Below, piece after piece: positions 54,880-64,000 of a DNA stretch of 64,000 nt. Where the stretch lies: NCBI GenBank assembly GCA_951406725.2, contig OX597821.1, positions 95,108,001 to 95,172,000 of the forward strand. The letters are read 5' to 3'. This stretch comes from Octopus vulgaris. Lineage: Eukaryota. How positions within the stretch are numbered: the first letter of the stretch is position 1; every line of letters begins with the position of its first letter. The position numbers and the translations under genes are program-made. The notes below the pieces were generated by a model. The model saw only the letters and a program-made list of their open reading frames with translations. It made no database searches and was not told where the DNA came from.

Positions 54880-55114
54880 CAGGGGTTCTCGACTATTTTT
54901 CATCTATGGACCCCTTTGATTGCAATTTTATTGTTAAAAAGAAATTAGTTTTAGAGATGCTTCTCTCAAAATTCGTATTTTATTTTTTGACACATTAACT
55001 TGTATAGGTTGAACTAGGTAAAATATCTGAGGAAGAAACCTAGCTGTTTCTTGCAATATATAATACATACATCTAAAGGAAAATCTCTTTAGGGGCTCTT
55101 AAAATACTATTGTG
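54880..55114 (+). mobile_element. hAT-type MITE fragment
   Basis: Starts caggggttctc, with tatggacccc motifs similar to the 11822 element. Confidence 0.5.
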
Positions 55115-56005
55115 GATCCGTTAAATGGTTATTACTATTTAGTAATAGTTGACAGTTTTACAAAGTGACCGGAAATTGTTAAGTGCAAAGGACCAACCTC
55201 CGAAGCGGCAATAAATTTTTTGCACGAATTATTCGCAAGATTTGGCATCACAGACGTGATTGTATCTGATAATGGAACACAATTTATGTCCAGTGAATTT
55301 AGAAAGTTCTGCGAAATGTTCACGGTACAACATAAAACGATAGCGCCTTACCATCCCAGATCAAATGGACAGGCAGATCATTTTGTGGACGTTTTTAACA
55401 GAGCTTTGAGAAAAGCAAAAAAGGAAGTCACAGACGAAGTCGCTGTGCAACAACTCCTATGGGTATACAGGGTGACATCGAACCCCAATACACCAGCTGG
55501 AAGCTCACCAGCAGAACTGGAAGGTGAAATCAGTTTTTGATAAACTGTTACCTGGCGAGGAGAGAAAAAGAACCAGGAAAGACAACCCAATTTTTCTCAA
55601 AATTGGTGATAAGGTGTACATGATGTCGTATTAAAACGAAATACAGTAATGAAAGAAGTCAAAATTATGAAGTACAAAAGGAAAATGATATACGAATTAA
55701 AAGTAGAAAAAATATTGAAAAAAGACACAGAAACCAATTGAAGAAGAGATTCATAGAAAATGAACCAAACAGACTGGAAGAACCTATGGAATAGCTGTAT
55801 GACACATTCAGGTGCCAACACCGTTACAGGCAGTTGAACCCACGCGTGTAAGTGGAAGAAAAAGGAAGAACACAGAGTTCCTACAAATAGACGCCAAAAG
55901 GAAAAAAATATTAAGTTGGAAAAATAAACGTTAAAAAGAGAAGAGGGGTGAATAAAGTAAAATAAAATTACTTGCTTCCCAATGAAAACAGACTAAAAGG
56001 GGATA
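55115..56005 (+). mobile_element. Ty3/Gypsy integrase pseudogene with 3' polypurine tract
   Basis: VIVDSFTK*PE…LFARFGITDVIVSDNGTQFMSSEFRKFC…APYHPRSNGQADHFV (rve core); PPT aaaaggggata directly before TGTAG at 56006. Confidence 0.92.
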
Positions 56006-56335
56006 TGTAGTGAAAATGGTACTTACCATCACGCGTGACAAAGTGGCATGAACCAGCCACTATAAAGTCAGACAGTCAGTCGTTGTTGTAGGTCAGTAGT
56101 AGTAGAGTCGTTGTATGAGTTCTCAGTTGGAGTCAGTGTCAATTACGTGTTATATACGAGTTCGAGTTACCGTCAAGGTAGACGTTCCAAAGTCATTTGT
56201 CTTGCGGAGCTATTAGCAAAAGCACGATAGACGAGTCAAAGATAACAAGACACGGAATACCGCCACAACATAATAGTGGCGACAAGAATATTACAGTGCC
56301 GACAATAACGTACAATTGGACGAGGATCCACATTA
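56006..56335 (+). mobile_element. 3' LTR of the Gypsy element (right end uncertain, 56270 or ~56335)
   Basis: Begins with TG after the PPT; TATAAA at 56061; candidate CA ends. Confidence 0.6.
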
Positions 56336-56449
56336 TAATAACTATTTAATTTCTGATGATGAAAAGGAATAAAGTGTTTAAGGTTTTGATGTTAAGTCAG
56401 ATCACAAGAGAAATGCAGACCGTAGAAATAATCTCTTCTGAAAATCTAT

Positions 56450-56790
56450 TTTCATAGTCTGGAGGATAATGGCACCTGTAATTGGATTACAGTCGACAAT
56501 GATATTGAATTAACTCAAACCCTTTTCAGATCAAAAGATCATTGACTGTGTTAATCAAACAAAAATCAAAATACAGTAATTTGTTCCAATGAAGATGGTG
56601 ACGGAATCGAAGAATTGTAAAGGTATAAATTCAATCGTGCATCAATGTCCAATTGTACATCAATGCTTTCTTTTTAATCTTGTACAGAAACCAAGTCTCT
56701 CTTTGCAGATGCTCAGAAATACAACTAATCCCTGTAGAATAGAAGTCTAAGATTCAAAGCAACATTAGAAAAGTTCTTAAAGAAACCCAC
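56450..56790 (+). mobile_element. Possible very old Tigger-like transposase C-terminal remnant
   Basis: Frameshifted WITVDNDIELTQTL/SDQKIIDCV and QSNIRK resemble pogo/Tigger tails. Confidence 0.35.
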
Positions 56791-57091
56791 CGATGAAAGC
56801 ACTTCTAAAAATGAAACAATTGTAAAAGAGAATTTTAAAAAGCTTTTAAAAATTTTTTTTAAATTTTTCTCGCACTTGAAAATATCCTTTTTATTTCAAA
56901 TATTTGTTTTGCATATTTTATATTTTACAATTATAAGATAATAGATATGTTAGATAACTAATACATATTTAATCACAATATATTTTTTACATTTGGAAAA
57001 TATCAAATTTAGCAAAGAGCAAAACGAAAACGAAAGCGTAAATTTCAGAGCGAAAACATAATATAGAAATGACACGTGAAAATAGAGCAAA

Positions 57092-57131
<40 letters not shown>

Positions 57132-57169
57132 AGAATAGCTACACATATATTGTATATAGCTATTTTACA

Positions 57170-57287
<118 letters not shown>

Positions 57288-57432
57288 TATGGGGGTTTTT
57301 TTCTTCTTTCAAATTTGCTTCCATTTCTTGCCGAGTGTCTTCCCGACGCCTAGGGCAAAGAAACTCATTGTATACATTGGTAGGCCAATAAACTAAACTC
57401 ACTAGTTCGTTCATCTTTTTTTTTTTATAGAA

Positions 57433-57524
<92 letters not shown>

Positions 57525-58017
57525 GTTCGTGTTGGATATGTTTTTACGAATTTTCTTCATAAATGACTACCTGTATAATTACTTAATTGTTTTCGTATAG
57601 TGCTTCTAAAAATTGTCACGCAAGTTAGCAGATAGAGTAGCGTGGAACCCACCAAGAGGCCAGCAGGTCGCTTTTTGTCCATAGCCAAAACACTTTACTC
57701 CAAATGGCCCACGCCACTTCAATCATGATTTCTATCATTGACACAAGGTCATAATTGTCAGAGGACAGTCTAGTTGATTTAATCGATAGAATAATTTATT
57801 TGAACTTATTTTATCAACCTCGGTAGGATGGAAACGTTCAAACAAGACCTCGAGAAACAGTAGAATGTTTTGTCTCAGCCAACTGACCTCCGTAGAGTAG
57901 TTTTTGATTTGTGCCTTCTCACATTTAGTGATCCTACCCAAGTGGAGTTATATATGACAAGCAATGCAAAAAGAATCTGTTTTCCTACAATATGAGGACC
58001 ATTTTCTATCGAAAGTG

Positions 58018-58397
58018 TGTGGAAGCACTCCGTCGGTTACGCGATGAGGGTTCCGGTCGATCCGATCAACGGAACAGCCTGCTTGTGAAATTAACGTGTA
58101 AGTGGCTGAGCACTCCACAGACACGTGTACCCTTAACGTAGTTCTCGGGGATATTCAGCGTGACACAGAGAGTGACAAGGCCGGCCCTTTGAAATACAGG
58201 TACAACAGAAACAGGAAGTAAGAGTGAGAGAAAGTTGTGGTGAAAGAGTACAGCAGGGATCACCACCATCCCCTGCCGGAGCCTCGTGGAGCTTTAGGTG
58301 TTTTCGCTCAATAAACACTCACAACGCCAGGTCTGAGAATCGAAACCGCGATCCTATGACCGCGAGTCCGCTGCCCTAACAACTGGGCCATTGCGCC
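58018..58397 (-). mobile_element. SINE family C, full length with TSD
   Basis: Reverse complement of 25272-25654; 13-bp TSD tctatcgaaagtg at 58005-58017 and 58398-58410. Confidence 0.95.
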
Positions 58398-58979
58398 TCT
58401 ATCGAAAGTGAAGTAAGTTTGAGTCACTTCATGTTGAGATTTATTCACAGTCTCCATTTATCAGATTAACTCTCTTTCTTTTAATTTCTTTTGACTAGGC
58501 ACAAAGTGAAAATTACGACGAGAACAGCATTGTCAAGTCCAGTGTGTTACTCACTCTACTTTTACTAACTGTTCAAGTGAATAAAAAGTAAAGTCGAGAT
58601 AAAAACAGGAAGGTTTGGTATCAAATCTTACATTTTACTGCAGGGATGCGACAACTCTAGTATACAGAAATAGATTAGAATGTAGAAAAAAATGTAACAC
58701 AGACAATCCGCTCAAACAATAAATCACTGTCTGTTGATGTGTGTAGTATGGTTTTAAACTAAGTAGATATATAATATAGATTTATTGGATCGCACCCAGC
58801 CATACCATCGAATATTATGTGCCTTAGGTCTGCTAGATCAAGATCTCATTGGGGTTTATACAGTAACAACTGTCTTGAGTCACCCGTCTCGCTCCTCTCT
58901 ATTGAAATAGTATCTTGGGCATTGAATGTAGAATTGTATTAGTAGGGATGTTAATGGCGGTGTAGGCGACATCATAAAG

Positions 58980-59169
58980 GAAGGGTAGTGACATCATAAA
59001 ACCACAGGCCGATGGTGTGTGACAATGTAATTCAAACAGTGTGTGGTGTAGAAGCAGAAGGGTAGTGACAGTGTGTGGTGTAGAAGCGGAAGGGTAGTGA
59101 CATCATAAAACCACAGGCCGATGGTGTGTGACAATGTAATTCAAACAGTGTGTGGTGTAGAAGCAGAAG
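58980..59169. repeat. Local tandem duplication (~80-bp unit twice with a 31-bp junction fragment)
   Basis: gaagggtagtgacatcataaaaccacagg…gtagaagcagaag repeated exactly. Confidence 0.9.
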
Positions 59170-59606
59170 AAGAGAAAACAGAATATTTTATTCGTAGAGA
59201 CAAAACAAAAATAAAAAATATATATATATATGATAAAATAAGACAAAAATAAAAACACGACAACATAAAATAACATTAGGTTTTGTATGTGCTCTTTTTG
59301 AATCAGTCAAATAGTTTGGCATGACTGAACATCTGTCCATTCCATTTAAACGGGAAACATGAAAGGCAAAATGGCGGCCATCAAAAGAGAGAGACTGCCA
59401 TTAGAGAGCCAGATAAAATCAAACATGTTATAACAACTTGATTTCATAGTAACTGATACTGTTACATTGTGATATATACAGAAAACAACGACAGAACTTA
59501 TACACGCTTGCTCGACTTGACAGAAACAGCAGGCAGATTCCACTCATATTACATTCTGCTGTCTTTTAAAAAAATGAACGCAGTTGACAATGTAGTTCTG
59601 TAAACA

Positions 59607-59793
59607 GGCGCAAACATGGCCGTGTGTTCAAAAGCTTACTCTGAAACTACGTTGTTTCGGGTTCAGTGTCATTAAGTTGCACCTTTGGAAAATGTCTTCT
59701 ATTATAGCCCCGGGCCGACCAATGCCTTGTTCGTGAATTTACTAGATGGAAACTGTTTGGAATCCCGTTGTATGTATATGTATGTATATGTTC

Positions 59794-59856
<63 letters not shown>

Positions 59857-60020
59857 TTTGTGTTTGTTTCCCATCACCACTTGACAACCGCTGTTGGTAT
59901 GTTTACGTCCTCGTAGCTTAACAGTTCGGCAAAAAAAGACCTATAGAATAAGTACAAGACTTAAAAACAAATACTGAATCTATTTCTTCGGCTAAAACCC
60001 TTCAAGGTTGTGCCCTAACT
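59607..60020 (+). mobile_element. SINE family B, diverged copy
   Basis: Head, (TG)n and tail motifs recognisable. Confidence 0.75.
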
Positions 60021-60329
60021 TGAAAATATAAAATCTATACTTAAAACATGATAGTCACAACTAAGCGTTTTAATTTCCTAGTACAAAAACTGATCAGGCT
60101 TCCTAGATGTGAGAACGGTCGTATGAATTTCTCTGTATAAATTTCGGTCTGTTTATGTCTTACCGGCAGTCTATAATGTGCAGCTGCATTACTTTCTTCA
60201 TCAAGTGCGTGTGGCTGTGTTTGTGTGCTTGTATACATATGCATACACACACGCACACAAACATACACACACACACTCAAAAGTACACTCGCACAGGCAC
60301 ACATGTACATACATATATATGTGTGTGTA

Positions 60330-60365
<36 letters not shown>

Positions 60366-60512
60366 CACATACACAAACAGACAGACAGAACAGACCTTTT
60401 CCTCGAACTGGTGTTTTATCAAACACCCTTTCATTGATTTATTAATAGACTTTTTATCGAAAAAGCATGTCTATGGACGCTTGCAAATACACACACACAC
60501 AAACACACACAC

Positions 60513-60588
<76 letters not shown>

Positions 60589-60714
60589 TTATATATATAT
60601 ATAATTATATTATAATAATATTATTATTATTATATTATATTATATTATATTATATTATATATTATATATCATATTATATTATTTTATTTTACTTTATTTT
60701 ATTTTATATTATAT

Positions 60715-61875
60715 TAGAGGAAAAATCAAAACCAAGGCAGAACGAGAATCTCAAGTCACTTAGAATAATTTACTTAGGATAAGATGAATTTGAAGTCTTA
60801 CAGCTGTTTCTGGGATGACCCAAATGGTAGGTTAGCATGTCCATGTACTGGGTTTCCCGTCATCAGAGACAAGGTATGAATATTTTAGACGTGGAAAAAT
60901 TTACAGTTTACAGGGAATAAAATTCACAGTTCATAAGGATTAAAATAGAAGAATGAAGGAGTAATATAGAAGAATAAAGAGTAAAAGTAGTTAAAAGAAT
61001 ATGGGCATTAGAATAATATTCACAACTCATCTTTTTTCAGAGGATATGGATGCTGGTTGGTATTTCCATGAAGATACAAGTCTGCAGTTAAAATCCCAGG
61101 TAAATTCAGGCAGTATTTTGGCAGTATTTTGAATGATGTATTTATATTGTAAATGTGTATATAGAGCGAGAAAGTATGATGGACATGAATGGGTTTTGTG
61201 GATGGGTGTATGAGAGAGAGAGAGGAGGAGGAGGAGAAAGAAAGAGAGATAGGAGAAAGGAATATAAAATAAGATAGTGGTAAAAGGGTAAAAATAAGTA
61301 TAATATATAAAATAAAAAATAGAAATAAAAATCACATTAAAAATAATAAAATAAAAGTACAGGTAATGATAGATATATCATAAATGAGTTTTGTGAGTGA
61401 GTGTGTATGGGAGAGAGGAGAAAGAGAGATAGAGGAGAAAGGAAATAAAAATATTATGATATAAGATTGAGGGAACAGGGGAAGAAACTAAGAATAAAGA
61501 TAAAAAATAAATGAAAGTAAATGGATGATATAGATATGTCAGTATTGTATGGGGGTTAGAGATGAACCGTTAAAGTTTCAGTAGAGTGCAGGGTGGAAGG
61601 CCAATCTAGGTAAGGTTATAAGGGCAATAGTTTAGTGCAGACATTTAAAATTGTATTTCAAGCTTAATATCAATTAAATTATTTGAGATGATGGATTAAG
61701 AATTATAATTAAGACTCAAAATTAAAATTGAAAATTAAGATTTAACTCCTAAATTTAAAATTACAAACTAAGAAAACTAAAATCTAAACAACTACAAAAA
61801 CTAAAAATTATTGAGTTGAAACTAACTGGTTTCTAAGATACTTGTGTTGATAGAGAGGTAAGGGAAAAAGAAGAG

Positions 61876-61880
<5 letters not shown>
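60715..61880 (-). mobile_element. Probable Penelope-like 3' fragment ending in a hammerhead
   Basis: Minus starts with SLLFPLPLYQHKYL (compare ILPLYQ in the 49840 endonuclease), followed by a long AT-rich UTR, a hammerhead at 60795-60870, then an (TA)-rich tract. Confidence 0.5.
60795..60870 (-). ncRNA. Type I hammerhead ribozyme motif with canonical core
   Basis: Minus: GTCT-CTGATGA-cGGGAaACCCA…TGGGTcaTCCCa-GAAA-CAGCTG-TA-AGAC. Confidence 0.78.
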
Positions 61881-61908
<28 letters not shown>

Positions 61909-62059
61909 CTATATATATATATATATATATATACATAAATACACATGCACATACAAACATACATATACGCACATAAGCGTAGATATAAATCGCACATATA
62001 TACTTACATACGTACACACACACAAACACGCATATATATATGCATATACATATACATAC

Positions 62060-62094
<35 letters not shown>

Positions 62095-62189
62095 TGTATG
62101 TATGTATGTATATATGTGTGTATTATGTATGTATGTGTGTGTATGTATGTATGTATGTATGTATGTATGTATGTATGTATGTATATATA

Positions 62190-62409
62190 GTTCTTTACTA
62201 CCCACAAGGGGCTAAACACAGAGGGGACAAACAAGGACAGACAAACGGATTAAGTCGATTACATCTACCCCAGTGCGAAACTGGTACTTTATTTATCGAC
62301 CCCGAGGGGATGAAAGGCAAAGTCGACCTCAGCGGAATTAGAATTGAGAACGTAACGGCAGACGAAATACGGCTACGCATTTCGCCCGGCATGCTAACGT
62401 TTCTGCCAG
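62190..62409 (-). mobile_element. SINE family A copy
   Basis: Reverse match to 20094-20324. Confidence 0.88.
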
Positions 62410-62572
62410 AGACAAAAAGGATAAATTTTTTTCAGTTCCACATTAATCCTCCTTCCCCCCACCCAAACACACCTACAGTGTCCCTTGAAATAGATATTCT
62501 TTTACATTAACATGGTGGACAGGTCAGTTTTAGCTTCCCTACTATTATAATGTAAACCTTTTTGAACTCATA

Positions 62573-62988
62573 ATATTCTGTGCGTGTATGCCAATATTCC
62601 ACTGAACTTTTTAATAATTCCTTCTGGAAATTATCTTGAGAATGTATAATATATTTGTTGTAATCTTTTGTGCCCAATATTTCAATGAACTTGTTAAACT
62701 TTTATATGTTCTCAACATGCTCTAGTCACCAAAGAATGTATATATATGTATTGTAGTACTCTGTGTCAACCAATATTCTGTGCGTGTTTGAATATACAGA
62801 TACAATACCGATACCAATATCCCACTGAACTTTTTAATAATTCCTTTTGGAAACTATCTTAAACATTTTCTTGAGAATGATTATTTATGTTGTAATCTTT
62901 TGTGCCCAATATTTTAAGGAACTTGTTAAACTTTTTTATGTCCTTAACATGTCCTTGTTACCAAAGACTGTATATATGTAATGTAGCA
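62573..62988. repeat. Diverged ~200-bp tandem duplication
   Basis: aatattctgtgcgtgt…ccactgaactttttaataattcc…tcttttgtgcccaatatt…accaaaga at 62573 and 62773. Confidence 0.85.
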
Positions 62989-63030
62989 ATTTGTAACAAT
63001 CAATAATTAACGCAACCAAACTTCTACATG

Positions 63031-63075
63031 TTACTTTTGACAATCTTTTTCCAAAGAGTGAAACCGGTAAAGTAA
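63031..63075 (+). ncRNA. Hammerhead motif with U3-A8 variant core
   Basis: TTACTT-TTGACAA-TCTTT ttcc AAAGA gt-GAAA-CCGG-TA-AAGTAA. Confidence 0.62.
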
Positions 63076-63114
63076 ATAAACATCTTTTAAAATTGCATTT
63101 TCAAACCTTCTTTC

Positions 63115-63174
<60 letters not shown>

Positions 63175-63216
63175 AATCCAAACATGAACAAGCAAGAAAA
63201 AAACAACAACGCGAGG

Positions 63217-63261
<45 letters not shown>

Positions 63262-63532
63262 AACGACCGTGGATGCGTCATGCGTGTTGGTTTTGTTTGG
63301 TTTCGTATGGAACAATTTAAAGGTGTGATAAAACCTATGACAACATCTAGAAAAAGCTTCGTTTTGTTTATTTAGTAATTGCGGTGAATTATGTATTAAT
63401 ATTAGAAGGCTTCTTTTTGGCATAGTTCACAAGTGAATCTATTATGGCCCAGGATATCCTATATCATCACCTTTACTTTTATTTTTTTTTTCTTATTTTT
63501 TACCGTTACACCTATCTTATTTTTATTCCCTT

Positions 63533-63583
<51 letters not shown>

Positions 63584-63666
63584 TCCTCTCTCTTTCTCCT
63601 CTCTCCCATACGCACTCACTCACAAAACTCATTTATGATATATCTATCATTACCTTTATATTTATT

Positions 63667-63905
63667 TTATTACCTCCGCTTTAGTCGTGTTTGTTTGTTT
63701 GTCCGTGGACAAAATATCTCAAGAACCGCCTGATGGATTCGGATGAAACTTTCAGGGATGTTTGGCCTCATGTCTGGCACGAACTGAGTAGATTTTGGGA
63801 TCGAACCGGTATCGGACAAGGATTCTGGATCATTTTTCTTTTTACTTAATTTTTGAGAACGGTCGGCTTCGTTTTTAGTATTCTCGTTCGTGCGAGAGCA
63901 GTCGA
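63667..63905 (+). mobile_element. HINE/DINE-1-like non-autonomous Helentron fragment
   Basis: Starts ttattacctccgc, short (GTTT)n tract, then atatctcaagaaccgc…ggattcggatgaaacttt, the characteristic HINE 5' layout. Confidence 0.65.
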
Positions 63906-64000
63906 GGACTGCAAAGGTTCCATAGAGTATAAAACATTAATATCGATATACAAATCTCCATTTCCCTTATTATTAATGCACTGTGTGTGTGTGTGTGTGT

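Noticed and set aside
59368-59378. AAAATGGCGGC YY1-like site
   Set aside because: A single short motif without supporting promoter or exon evidence.

Overview
AT-rich, gene-poor eukaryotic DNA, probably cephalopod/octopus-like (inferred from the SINE types and the extreme microsatellite load; not verified). Almost every ORF in the supplied track is an artefact of (ACAT)n, (TA)n, (TG)n, (AAT)n, (GAT)n or an A/T-tract satellite, and no intact host gene is evident. There are only low-confidence candidate exons at 156-240 and 1487-1648 (minus strand). The window is a mosaic of mobile elements: several tRNA-derived SINE families (some with clear TSDs), R4/Dong-like LINE scraps beside (AAT)n, Penelope-like RT and GIY-YIG remnants, a Helitron helicase 3' end, a complete non-autonomous Helitron, a HINE-like element, Tc1/mariner, Tigger and hAT remnants, and a Ty3/Gypsy integrase with an LTR. 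The most notable signal is a set of about a dozen type I hammerhead-ribozyme motifs. They lie mostly in mutually unrelated, (TA)n-bounded short modules. Two independent modules show the compensatory U3-A8 core, one of them inside a perfect 150-bp inverted repeat, and several have greatly extended stem II. Other unexplained structure includes paired pre-miRNA-sized hairpins, templated-insertion mosaics and a phased A/T-tract satellite.
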